This document shows positions 40,405 through 50,181 of a DNA stretch of 64,000 nt, piece by piece. Location: positions 64,001 through 128,000 of the forward strand of contig JAITVV010000056.1 in the NCBI GenBank assembly GCA_031285625.1, in the 5' to 3' direction. A program made the position numbers and the translations under genes. A model generated the notes under the pieces. It did not search any database and was not told the DNA's origin. It worked only from the letters and a program-made list of their open reading frames with translations. Position 1 is the stretch's first letter. Each line of letters starts with the position of its first letter. This DNA is from Prevotella sp. (GTDB lineage: Bacteria > Bacteroidota > Bacteroidia > Bacteroidales > Dysgonomonadaceae).

Positions 40405-41679
40405 ATGAATCTCTTAGAGAAGTTAAAGAAAGAATATACCAGAAGGCATCCAAAACCTAAGTCAGGGGCATTGGAACTATTAAAATATATTGGGCCGGGG
40501 CTCTTGGTTACTGTTGGATTTATTGATCCGGGTAACTGGGCTTCGAATTTCGCCGCCGGCTCAGAATTCGGTTATGCACTGCTGTGGGTAGTTACACTAT
40601 CCACTGCTATGCTCATCATCTTACAACACAATGTGGCCCACCTTGGCATTGTTACCGGGTTGTGCCTATCCGAAGCCGCTAATAAATACCTGCCGCGTAC
40701 AGGCTCACGCGTTGTGCTCTGGTCTGCAATGGGAGCTTCCATATCTACATCATTAGCAGAGATACTAGGAGGAGCCATTGCGTTGAACATGTTATTTGAT
40801 ATTCCCATCAAGGTTGGAGCTACACTGGTAGCCGTATTTGTTTTTGTGATGATGTTCTCCAATTCTTACAAAAAGATAGAACGTTATATTATAGCCTTCG
40901 TTTCACTGATCGGACTTTCTTTTATATATGAGCTCTTTCTGGTTGATATCGAGTGGGGTGAAGCTGCAAAAGCCTGGGTAGTACCTTCCGTACCCCAAGG
41001 CAGCATGCTGATTATAATGAGTGTACTGGGAGCTGTAGTTATGCCTCACAATCTCTTTCTACATTCGGAAGTGATACAGAGCCGTCAATGGAATCTGAAA
41101 GATGAGAAGGTAATGGAACGGCAATTGAAATATGAATTCGTCGATACATTCTTTTCCATGCTGATCGGCTGGGCTATAAACAGTGCTATGATTCTATTAG
41201 CTGCATCCACTTTCTTTAGAGAAAATATTGTAGTGGATGATTTACAACAAGCACATTCTTTACTCGATCCGCTATTGGGGAGCAATGCAGTCGTTATATT
41301 TGCAGTAGCATTACTTCTGGCAGGAATATCATCTTCCATGACGTCCGGTATTGCTGCCGGATCTATATTTGCAGGGATGTATGATGAAGCTTATAATATA
41401 AAAGATATCCATTCCCGCACAGGTATATTAATATCGTTAGGAGTAGGCCTGTTGATTATATTTATGATTGGAGATCCATTCAAAGGTCTGATTATATCGC
41501 AGGCTATACTTAGCGTACAGTTACCGATTACTGTTTTCCTACAGGTGCGGCTTACGTCTTCTAAAGAAGTTATGGGTAAATATGCAAATACCTTGTTCAC
41601 AAAAATTCTGTTGTATGGAATAGCTGTTGTTGTAACTTCCCTTAATGTAATGTTACTTGTTAGTTTCTTTGTAGAATAA
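40405..41679 (+). CDS. mntH: Nramp divalent metal transporter
   Basis: DPGNW and MPHNLFLHS. Confidence 0.93.
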   Translation: MNLLEKLKKEYTRRHPKPKSGALELLKYIGPGLLVTVGFIDPGNWASNFAAGSEFGYALLWVVTLSTAMLIILQHNVAHLGIVTGLCLSEAANKYLPRTGSRVVLWSAMGASISTSLAEILGGAIALNMLFDIPIKVGATLVAVFVFVMMFSNSYKKIERYIIAFVSLIGLSFIYELFLVDIEWGEAAKAWVVPSVPQGSMLIIMSVLGAVVMPHNLFLHSEVIQSRQWNLKDEKVMERQLKYEFVDTFFSMLIGWAINSAMILLAASTFFRENIVVDDLQQAHSLLDPLLGSNAVVIFAVALLLAGISSSMTSGIAAGSIFAGMYDEAYNIKDIHSRTGILISLGVGLLIIFMIGDPFKGLIISQAILSVQLPITVFLQVRLTSSKEVMGKYANTLFTKILLYGIAVVVTSLNVMLLVSFFVE

Positions 41680-41803
41680 AAGGCTAGCCATTTTATTTAT
41701 TAGTTTTCACCAACTCAGAAACGGTTTTTACCCATTTTCTCCGAAATTTTGTTCTTTAAATAAATATATTTGATGAAGAAAATTATCAATAAATATATTC
41801 ATT

Positions 41804-43636
41804 ATGAAAACAAAACTACTAACTATTATTCTCCTGATATGTTTCTCATATTATGGATTCGCTCAAGATAAAAAGACTATAAAGTCGAAGCTCAATGATG
41901 CGACAGTCTTTTTTCAAGGAGCTGAGTTAACACATAGTGCTTCATATTCATTAGCCAAAGGCGAGAATGAAATTTATATTGAAGGATTGAGTCCCAATAT
42001 AGATAAGAATAGCTTGAAGATAAAGACTACAAATGGGGTGATCGTATCTGCTTACGAATTCTCGGTTGATTTTCTTACTGAAACTAAAGCTCTAAGTACA
42101 GTAGCTAAGAAACTACAAGATTCAGTTGACTATTATAAGAAAAAGCTTGAGCAGGTAAATACCGATATCAATATTACAACAAACCTTATACAGCTTCTAC
42201 AGAAAGGGACAGATAAAAATGTGGCCGGATCTGAAAAGGGTTTAGGTATCGACGAACTGGTAAAAACAATGGATTATTACAAGACTAAATCTGCTGAATT
42301 ACAAACGACTCAGGCTGCAAACAACAAAAGAAAGAGTGAATGTGATATAGCTATAGCCCGTTTGAATAAACAGCTCAATCAGGAATCTTTGAAGAATAAT
42401 AAAACTGCGGGTATTCTAAAACTTAATTTATCTTCTCCTTTAGCTAATACATGCAGCTTTATTATATCCTATTATACTTCTGCAGCCAACTGGGTTCCTT
42501 ACTATGATATAAACATTGAATCTACAGAAAAACCCATAAAAATTGTAGCAAAATCGAAGGTGCGTCAGACTACGGGTCTCGACTGGGAGAAAGTAAATCT
42601 CATCCTATCTACTGCTACCCCTAGTAATGGTAAAGTGGCACCTCTTTTTAATGCTTGGTTCTTAGAAAACTACAGACCTCAACCCAGAGCATCAGCAGGT
42701 ATGGCTATGCAAAATAGCTATTCATATGCAAAGAAAGAATTTAATAACCTGAATATTCAAGCTGTTGCCGAGGAAAGTATACCAATAGGAGATATGAAAA
42801 TAAGGGGTAGTTCTTCAGTTACAGAGAGTCCTTTATACATAGTAGATGGTATAGCTGTAGATGAAGACTATGTACAATCCCTGGATCCGAATGCAATAAA
42901 AAACGTAGACGTACTAAAAGATACGAATTCTACAGCCATATACGGATCACGTGCAGCCAATGGAGTGATTGTAGTAACCTTAAAAAGCAGTATGGATGAC
43001 TTTATCACACAGAAAGAGAATGAACTTAATATGGTTTACAATATAGATATGCCATATACCATTCCAGGAAATGGGAAAGAACAGACTATCGACCTGCAAA
43101 CAAAAGAAACATCTGCTGAATATAAATATTACTGCGCTCCAAAGCTAGATACAGAAACCTATCTACTGGCAGAAATACCAGATTGGCAAAAACTAAATCT
43201 GCTAAGTGGGAAGGCTAATATTACATATGATGGAACTTATGTTGGAGAAACATTTCTTGACGCACGTTCCACTCACGAAAAGCTAACGTTAACACTTGGT
43301 ACAGACAAGCGCGTTCCTGTTAAACGAGAAAAAATGCAGGATTATAGCAGTACCAAATTCTTAGGGAATGATACCAAACAGGTATTTACATACAAGCTAA
43401 CTGTTAAAAACAATCAGAATAAGCCTGTTAAGATGGTACTGAAAGACCAATACCCAATATCAACACAAAAAAACATCGAAGTAGAACTGCTTACGAAGGA
43501 TACTACTCCATGGACCGCTAATAAAGAAGACGTAGGCGTAATAACATGGGAGGAAGAACTAAAAGCAGGTGAAACAAAGGTTTATCAGATCAGTTATAGT
43601 GTAAAGTATCCGAAAGGGACAAGACTTAATTTATAA
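41804..43636 (+). CDS. DUF4140/DUF4139 protein with embedded SusC-type plug segment
   Basis: ATVFFQGAEL, coiled coil, W.PYYD, Q.TG.DW, plus PLYIVDG...LKD..STAIYGSRAANGVIVVT. Confidence 0.85.
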   Translation: MKTKLLTIILLICFSYYGFAQDKKTIKSKLNDATVFFQGAELTHSASYSLAKGENEIYIEGLSPNIDKNSLKIKTTNGVIVSAYEFSVDFLTETKALSTVAKKLQDSVDYYKKKLEQVNTDINITTNLIQLLQKGTDKNVAGSEKGLGIDELVKTMDYYKTKSAELQTTQAANNKRKSECDIAIARLNKQLNQESLKNNKTAGILKLNLSSPLANTCSFIISYYTSAANWVPYYDINIESTEKPIKIVAKSKVRQTTGLDWEKVNLILSTATPSNGKVAPLFNAWFLENYRPQPRASAGMAMQNSYSYAKKEFNNLNIQAVAEESIPIGDMKIRGSSSVTESPLYIVDGIAVDEDYVQSLDPNAIKNVDVLKDTNSTAIYGSRAANGVIVVTLKSSMDDFITQKENELNMVYNIDMPYTIPGNGKEQTIDLQTKETSAEYKYYCAPKLDTETYLLAEIPDWQKLNLLSGKANITYDGTYVGETFLDARSTHEKLTLTLGTDKRVPVKREKMQDYSSTKFLGNDTKQVFTYKLTVKNNQNKPVKMVLKDQYPISTQKNIEVELLTKDTTPWTANKEDVGVITWEEELKAGETKVYQISYSVKYPKGTRLNL

Positions 43637-43643
43637 CTATGAG

Positions 43644-43674
43644 GAAACGCTATAGAGTCAATCTATAGCGTTTC
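43644..43674. terminator. Bidirectional terminator
   Basis: GAAACGCTATAGA-N5-TCTATAGCGTTTC. Confidence 0.75.
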
Positions 43675-44122
43675 TCTTTTCTTTCATTATCGATTTTTTG
43701 ATCATGATCATCTTCGCCAGTTCAGGCAGAAGACTTTCATCCTTTATTGTGATAAGCATCCATTTACCATCATGAAGTTGTGGTGTATTATCAAAAACGG
43801 ATGTAAAGTAGGTATCAAATGATTCCCTTTGAGAGTTAAATATAATTACTTCTTTTTTACCATAAATTAGTATAACAGAAAATGCATTCTTTTCAGGGAA
43901 GATAGATATTAATGTTTTTCCGTTTCTCCGGTATCGCAACATTACGCCAAATTTTACTCCTCCAAAATATATTTCCTGTTCAAAGTTATAGTTGTTATCA
44001 AGGAATTCGAGTAATGAGTCAAAAGCTTTCACAGCTTTCTTTGATTTGATAAATTTTCTTATTTCCTCCAAGTTTGGTAAAGGAGATTCTTGATAAATTC
44101 TTTCAGGTATTTGTGTTTCCAT
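43658..44122 (-). CDS. DUF3788-like protein
   Basis: G.K.G...RYR..GKTL..IFP....F, HDGKW. Confidence 0.75.
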   Translation of the reverse strand: METQIPERIYQESPLPNLEEIRKFIKSKKAVKAFDSLLEFLDNNYNFEQEIYFGGVKFGVMLRYRRNGKTLISIFPEKNAFSVILIYGKKEVIIFNSQRESFDTYFTSVFDNTPQLHDGKWMLITIKDESLLPELAKMIMIKKSIMKEKRNAID

Positions 44123-44154
44123 CTGGGTATTATTCTTAATAGTTGCAAATATAA

Positions 44155-45354
44155 CTATTCTTGTTTGATTTTTTGCTTATCAGATATCAATAAATGTATA
44201 ACAAGGCATAATACTACAAATATTCCACCTGTACACACAACTCCATTCCAACCATAAGCACCCCATGCTTTCCCGCCTACAAAAGTGCCTAATGACCCTC
44301 CTATAAAATAAGATACCATATAAACTGTATTTAAGCGATTTGCAGCTTCAGGATGAGAAGAAAATACAATAGTCTGATTAGTGACATGCATAGCTTGCAA
44401 TCCCATATCAAGAATTATGATCCCAATAATAAGCCCTATATAAGTATTTCCACCCAAACCGAATATACCCCATGAAAGAATCATCAGTGTAGCGGCTATA
44501 GCTATTAATTTATTTTTATTGATCTTACCTGAAACATATCCTACTAACGAGGCAGCTAAAGCCCCCGCAATACCAAATAATCCAAGCGATCCGGCCACAT
44601 CGCTTCCCTGAAAGAATGGAGCCTGCTCCAACTTAAAAGTCAACGTAGTCCAGAATACAGAAAATGAGGCAAAGCCCAATGCTCCTCTCAAAGAAGCTAA
44701 CTGTAAGCTGGGAATATCTTTTGCATATCTGATTATGGATCTCATTAATTGCCTGTATTTACCATCAAAAGTTGGTTTCATATCAGGAAGCAACCATGCT
44801 ATAAGAATAGCCAGAACAACCATAAACCCTGCTGCAATAAAAAATACATTACGCCAGCCCAGATACTCTCCTACTATACCACTAAATACACGGGATGCCA
44901 ATATACCTATAAGGAGCCCACTCATAACAATCCCTACATTCTTCCCTTTTTCTTCAGGAGGAGATAGTTGTGCTGCAATAGGGACAAATACCTGAGGAAC
45001 TACAGATGTTAACCCAATGAAGAAACTGGCAACAATCATCACTAAAAGAGATTTACTAAGAGCAAAAACCAGTAATGAAAGGAGTATAAAAGCAAAATCA
45101 ATAAGAATTATTCTTTTACGCCGGTACATATCCCCTAACGGGATGATAAGCAGCAATCCGACAGCATAGCCTACTTGAGTAAACATAGCAACTTTACTAG
45201 TCGCGGCTTCTGTTTCCCCAAACTCTTTAGCGATCATACCTAAAAGTGGCTGATTGTAATAATTATTGGCTACAACAAGCCCTGCCCCGATTGCCATCAA
45301 CCAGAGGGTTCCTTTAGATAAATATTGTTTGTTTTCGTTTTCGGGCAATAACAT
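44155..45354 (-). CDS. MFS transporter
   Basis: ANNYYNQPLL, PLGD, FS.FWT, RLNTVYM. Confidence 0.9.
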   Translation of the reverse strand: MLLPENENKQYLSKGTLWLMAIGAGLVVANNYYNQPLLGMIAKEFGETEAATSKVAMFTQVGYAVGLLLIIPLGDMYRRKRIILIDFAFILLSLLVFALSKSLLVMIVASFFIGLTSVVPQVFVPIAAQLSPPEEKGKNVGIVMSGLLIGILASRVFSGIVGEYLGWRNVFFIAAGFMVVLAILIAWLLPDMKPTFDGKYRQLMRSIIRYAKDIPSLQLASLRGALGFASFSVFWTTLTFKLEQAPFFQGSDVAGSLGLFGIAGALAASLVGYVSGKINKNKLIAIAATLMILSWGIFGLGGNTYIGLIIGIIILDMGLQAMHVTNQTIVFSSHPEAANRLNTVYMVSYFIGGSLGTFVGGKAWGAYGWNGVVCTGGIFVVLCLVIHLLISDKQKIKQE

Positions 45355-45365
45355 TTAAATGATTT

Positions 45366-46091
45366 TTATTCAGAATAAGGAGCATTTTGTATCCAACTTT
45401 GCACCATCTCCCTGTCGAATATTTTACCTATGACCCTATACTTTGAGTCATTCAACGGATTACGTCCAATCAGCGGTTCTGACATCACACCAATTTGCGG
45501 TCTGTAATAGTTTGCATGAACAAAAGACATCTTACCATTCAGATAATAAATATAGCCTACATGAGAATCGAGCCCTACAATATATAGTCCTTCGCCTTTT
45601 GCTTCAATGTAATCCAGAACATCTTTCACCGGCTTTTGTTGAAATCGTTTGATATCAGTTGTCACTTTCTTTATCATATATTCGGATGCCTGTTGTGCCC
45701 ATTTTATACGTGGAATATTGAATCCCATATCACGTAAGGTAGTAGTTACAAAATATCCACAGGCAATGCTACCCTCGCCAGGGGTCTGGCTATGACCATG
45801 AAAAGTCCAGGGAGTATTATACCACGAGCGGAAGAAATCATCAGATATAGTTAAAAGATAATTCTGAGCCTCAGCTATTATACTATCTTGCTTTATCTTA
45901 TTATTCTTACTACCACTGTATTCTTTAAAGAATATGGCTCTTCTCTCTAAAGTTTCCTTTTTTAGTTCAGGATAAGATTTAATCTCTTCTTCAATCCTCT
46001 CCTGCCATAACAAAACCTGTTGCTCCTTAGACTTTGAGGTGCAAGAGAACAACAAGAAGATTAAAAATAGGATAGGAAAAGGGTATCTCAT
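45366..46091 (-). CDS. Lipoprotein, possible papain-like (Cys-His) fold
   Basis: LFSC lipobox; W.F.G...IACGYFV and GLDSHVG. Confidence 0.65.
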   Translation of the reverse strand: MRYPFPILFLIFLLFSCTSKSKEQQVLLWQERIEEEIKSYPELKKETLERRAIFFKEYSGSKNNKIKQDSIIAEAQNYLLTISDDFFRSWYNTPWTFHGHSQTPGEGSIACGYFVTTTLRDMGFNIPRIKWAQQASEYMIKKVTTDIKRFQQKPVKDVLDYIEAKGEGLYIVGLDSHVGYIYYLNGKMSFVHANYYRPQIGVMSEPLIGRNPLNDSKYRVIGKIFDREMVQSWIQNAPYSE

Positions 46092-46153
46092 ATTACAATC
46101 CGATTAAAAAGTGACCAAATATAAAAAAAACACATCAAACTAATAATTAACGA

Positions 46154-46242
46154 CTTACAAACAAAAGGTGACAAAAGTAACACTTTTCTTACTGTTTTAA
46201 TCTGTTACCTTTTCTCTTTTTCTCACCTATATTATTAGATAA
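46154..46242 (-). repeat. Dispersed intergenic element, copy B
   Basis: 25-mer at 46163-46187 identical to the copy A core; shared flanking blocks. Confidence 0.8.
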
Positions 46243-46266
46243 TTTTATGATGATAAATTAGCTATA

Positions 46267-47142
46267 TCAGTCTATAAAACGTTTTGTAATATCTCCAAAG
46301 GAATCGATTCGCCTGTCACGGAAAAACGGCCACCAGCGGCGTACCTGTTCGGAGCGTTTTATATCTATTTCAACAATATGAACTTCTTCTTTATCATTCG
46401 GAGCCTGCCATAGAATCTCTCCCTGAGGCCCGGCCACAAAACTATTTCCCCAGAATGTAATACCATTCGTTTGACCCGAAGGATCAGGTTCATAACCTGT
46501 ACGGTTTACCGAAACTACGTGCAACCCGTTTGCCACAGCATGTCCGCGTTGAGAGATAACCCAGGCACCCAATTGCCGGGCTTTTTCATCTTCCGTATCG
46601 GTCGATTCCCATCCTATGGCTGTAGGATAAATAAGTATGTCTGCTCCTGCCATTGCCATCAGGCGGGCAGCTTCAGGATACCACTGGTCCCAGCAGACTA
46701 AAACGCCCAATTTACCAAGAGACGTTTCAATTGGCTTAAATCCCAGATCACCGGGAGTAAAATAGAACTTTTCGTAGTATGCAGGGTCATCTGGTATATG
46801 CATTTTGCGGTATTTACCTGCAATAGTACCGTCCTTTTCCATTACTACAGCTGTATTGTGATATAGTCCGGGAGCACGACGTTCAAAGAGAGAGAGAACA
46901 ATAACCACTCCCCATTCTTTAGCTAAAGCGCCAAAATCGTCTGTCGATGGCCCCGGTATTGTTTCCGCCATATCAAAGATAGCAGTATCTTCTACCTGGC
47001 AAAAGTATAATGAGTTGTGCAGCTCCTGCATCACAATAAGTTGAGCACCCAACCTTGCTGCTTCTCTGACTTTATCTTTTAAGCCTTGTATATTTTTTTG
47101 TATATCAGGTGTATTTGCCTGTTGTATAATTCCTATTTTCAT
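46267..47142 (-). CDS. aguB: N-carbamoylputrescine amidase (CN hydrolase)
   Basis: QEL, YRKMHIPDDPAYYEKFYF, CWDQWYPE; same operon as agmatine deiminase. Confidence 0.9.
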   Translation of the reverse strand: MKIGIIQQANTPDIQKNIQGLKDKVREAARLGAQLIVMQELHNSLYFCQVEDTAIFDMAETIPGPSTDDFGALAKEWGVVIVLSLFERRAPGLYHNTAVVMEKDGTIAGKYRKMHIPDDPAYYEKFYFTPGDLGFKPIETSLGKLGVLVCWDQWYPEAARLMAMAGADILIYPTAIGWESTDTEDEKARQLGAWVISQRGHAVANGLHVVSVNRTGYEPDPSGQTNGITFWGNSFVAGPQGEILWQAPNDKEEVHIVEIDIKRSEQVRRWWPFFRDRRIDSFGDITKRFID

Positions 47143-47154
47143 TTCTCTTACGTT

Positions 47155-47520
47155 TTATTCTGTTTCTGCTGATTTTATCTGTATAAAGTCAATGATATTA
47201 TCAGCTTCTTTCTTCATTGAGAGTGAACCTATTGCGCCCAATCCATTCGCATATATCGCTATCTTTAGTATCTTTCATGTTGACAAAATAGCCCTCGTCA
47301 CCGTCTTGCCCTATCATAAAGAATCAGGGTCATATTCTTTTATCTCATAAGTCGTATTTCTTTCTCTCAAATCAGACCAACTATAAAAAACAATCCCTGT
47401 ATTTTCCACTTCGTATATTTCACCTTCGGGTATTTGTCCCAAAAATCTTTTGTAGGATTCCGGAAAATGTATTCCAACTTCCTTTTCTATTATTGATATC
47501 TTATTTTCTGTCTCACTCAT
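47155..47520 (-). pseudogene. SMI1/KNR4 (SUKH) immunity protein with two frameshifts
   Basis: IEKEVGIHFPESYKRFL...; shifted frame reads FMIGQDGDEGYFVNMKD; original frame resumes IYANGLGAIGSLSMKKEADNIIDFI to TAA at 47155. Confidence 0.8.
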
Positions 47521-47990
47521 AATTCTCTACCTGAATATTCTTTAATCTTATTTTCCAGGAATTCTAAAAAATTATCAGCATAAATCTTATCATCATTCTC
47601 TGAATGATAATCCCTTATATAGACCTTATATTCGTTATCTTTTAATTTTCCTTCTATCTTAAAATAATATATTTCATCATCAAGATCTAGAATACTTAAT
47701 TCATCTTCATTTAAAATTCCTTTCTTAATATTCTTTTTATATGAATCTAAAATATCGTAATCTGTGAGGTCTAATAACTCAAATGGGGCAATACGCTTGA
47801 TGTAATCATTATCGAAAGCAATAAATTCAAGTTCTTTACTCATCCATTTATAAGATTCTGGTAACTTAAAATTAAGCTCTTGTTCAACATAATCAATCCA
47901 GTCCTGTTCAACAATACCTTTTGTCCCAAAATGAATTTTGTTTTCATATTGTTGAAGATTAGTAAGAGTCTGTTTATAGCTTTTTTTCAT
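47517..47990 (-). CDS. SMI1/KNR4 (SUKH) family immunity protein
   Basis: IDYVEQELNFKLPESYKW and YADNFLEFL. Confidence 0.85.
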   Translation of the reverse strand: MKKSYKQTLTNLQQYENKIHFGTKGIVEQDWIDYVEQELNFKLPESYKWMSKELEFIAFDNDYIKRIAPFELLDLTDYDILDSYKKNIKKGILNEDELSILDLDDEIYYFKIEGKLKDNEYKVYIRDYHSENDDKIYADNFLEFLENKIKEYSGREL

Positions 47991-47991
47991 T

Positions 47992-48216
47992 TTAATCTGG
48001 TAGCTTAATTGTATCAGGAGACATCTCTATATGTCTCTCGAATTCTTCAATCCTCAATTTTATATCATCTAAAAACTCCTGCGTGCAACCACCTTTTTCG
48101 GCATCCAGGTAATATTGTTTTAGTAAAGGTAGAAATAATATATCGTTCCCTGAAAATACCATTGCAGGCACATCATTTCTTATACATCTTAATAGTAATG
48201 CTTTCTGATCTTTCAT
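47992..48216 (-). CDS. Small hypothetical protein (74 aa)
   Basis: ATG 48216 lies 7 nt after the aguA stop; the gene ends 1 nt before the next start. Confidence 0.6.
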   Translation of the reverse strand: MKDQKALLLRCIRNDVPAMVFSGNDILFLPLLKQYYLDAEKGGCTQEFLDDIKLRIEEFERHIEMSPDTIKLPD

Positions 48217-48223
48217 TCTGATT

Positions 48224-49258
48224 CTATATAAATTCTTCCAGATATTGCATTGTAATGCAATGTAACGAACCATGCTGGCGAATAAGAGGTGAACAATCAA
48301 TTCCTATAACTTCTCTCGTCGGAAAAGCCTTCTTCAATTGCATACGAGCCTCCTCATCTTTTTGTTTATCGTTATAAAACGGTAAGAGCACCACCTCATT
48401 CATGATAAGGAAATTGGCATAAGTAGCCGGGAGTCTTTCATTATTCTCATCATATACGGCTTTCGCCATAGGTAAAGCAATCAGCTGATACGGATTCCCT
48501 TTATAATCTGTAAATGTTTTCAATTGCTCTTCCATCTTACGCAAAGCTTCGTAATGCTCATCATCTTTGTCGTCACACTTTACATATACAATAGTATGCT
48601 CGTCACAATAACGTGCGAGTGTATCTATATGGCTATCGGTGTCATCTCCCGCCAGAAAACCGTAATCCAACCAAAGCACCCTGTCTAATCCGAAATCTCT
48701 CTTCAAGTAATCTTCTATTTCAGTTTTCGACAGAAAAGAATTTCGGTTTGGAGATAACAGGCATTCCGAAGTCGTTAACAATGTACCTTTTCCATCAGAC
48801 TCCAAAGCACCTCCTTCAAGGGCAAAATCTTTCTTATTTACCAATTCAACGTCTGAATGGAATATATTGTTTGTAAATAGTCCCCTTGTTATCTGGTTGT
48901 CATAGTTAGACGCAAATTTTAGTCCCCAGCCATTAAATGTAAAATCATAAACCTGCTTTTTACCAGCCCTAAGAATAGAAATACCGCTATGGTCACGTGC
49001 CCAGGTATCATTAGTTGGTAATTCGACTAATGTAAGATTATGAAATAGGTTTGCATACTCTTTCAGCTCATATTTAATCAATTCTGCATTGTGACAGACA
49101 ATTATTAGTTTTTGCCTTTTCAATATTTCTGAGGCAATACTTACATAACATGTTGTCACTTCCTCCAACATATATTCCCAGTCCGTTTCGGGATGAGGCC
49201 ATGTAAGCTGTATAGCACTTTGTGGATACCATTCGGGAGGTAATAATATAGGATTCAT
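48224..49258 (-). CDS. aguA: Agmatine deiminase
   Basis: DTWARD, FNGWG, LEGG, DTDSHID, GSLHCIT; TACTTTTG box at 49315-49322 (-). Confidence 0.93.
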   Translation of the reverse strand: MNPILLPPEWYPQSAIQLTWPHPETDWEYMLEEVTTCYVSIASEILKRQKLIIVCHNAELIKYELKEYANLFHNLTLVELPTNDTWARDHSGISILRAGKKQVYDFTFNGWGLKFASNYDNQITRGLFTNNIFHSDVELVNKKDFALEGGALESDGKGTLLTTSECLLSPNRNSFLSKTEIEDYLKRDFGLDRVLWLDYGFLAGDDTDSHIDTLARYCDEHTIVYVKCDDKDDEHYEALRKMEEQLKTFTDYKGNPYQLIALPMAKAVYDENNERLPATYANFLIMNEVVLLPFYNDKQKDEEARMQLKKAFPTREVIGIDCSPLIRQHGSLHCITMQYLEEFI

Positions 49259-49330
49259 TCTATTAATTGCATTAATTAAGGTCTAAGACCTATTTGACTA
49301 CTTAATCGCATGGGCAAAAGTACAAAATAA

Positions 49331-50140
49331 TTATCTTAATATACCTCCCGTTAGCATTCTACCGGAATGAATAGATTGCCGTCGGGCCGAAAAGAATTTA
49401 TCAGGATTGGAATATGTACAGAGATTTGCCGTTTCTATATTTTCCGAAGGAATCCCCGATTCCATCAAGAGTAATTTATTTGCATATTCAAGATCAATAT
49501 GTCTTTTCCCTGTTACTGTATTCTGACAACTTATATACTCAATTGAAAAGCCTGTATTTACAAAAGCTTCAACCACCTCATCCCCAACTTCAAAGTATTC
49601 CCGAGAGATGCATGGTCCTATGCCTGCCAATAGATCATGTGGAGAAGAATTAAAATGTTCCTGCATTTTCAAAACCGTTTTCTGTGCGATTTTAGCGACA
49701 GTTCCCTTCCATCCTGCATGTATAGCTGCAAGTATATTCAATTTAGGGTCAAATATCAGTACGGGTACACAATCAGCAGTAGTTACCCCTATACAAATAT
49801 TCTTTTGGTTGGTAACGATAGCATCTACTCCGTTTAGCAATGTCGCTTTCTCTAAATCTGTCTTTTGCATAAAGGCTTCATCAATGATTTGTACCTGATC
49901 TTTGTGAGTCTGATAAGGAATGTACAGATTCTCTACAGAAATGCCTGCTATATTTGCAAAGTGTTCTTGATTTTTATTTACACAATCGGGATCGTCTCCT
50001 GAATACGGACTCAGATTAAAAGATGTATAATTTCCGGTACTGACCCCACCTTTTACGCTTGTAGAAAAGCTAAAAACTTTTTCTTTAGGAAAAGAGGTAA
50101 ATATTAACAGGTCAAGATCTTTGATTTTAATTGTCTCCAT
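49331..50140 (-). CDS. pgeF: YfiH/PgeF laccase-like domain protein
   Basis: QTH, TADCVP, HAGWKG, GPCI, CT....FFS.R. Confidence 0.93.
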   Translation of the reverse strand: METIKIKDLDLLIFTSFPKEKVFSFSTSVKGGVSTGNYTSFNLSPYSGDDPDCVNKNQEHFANIAGISVENLYIPYQTHKDQVQIIDEAFMQKTDLEKATLLNGVDAIVTNQKNICIGVTTADCVPVLIFDPKLNILAAIHAGWKGTVAKIAQKTVLKMQEHFNSSPHDLLAGIGPCISREYFEVGDEVVEAFVNTGFSIEYISCQNTVTGKRHIDLEYANKLLLMESGIPSENIETANLCTYSNPDKFFSARRQSIHSGRMLTGGILR

Positions 50141-50181
50141 ACTAAATGGTGATTATTTCGATAACTAAATTATTGATGATT

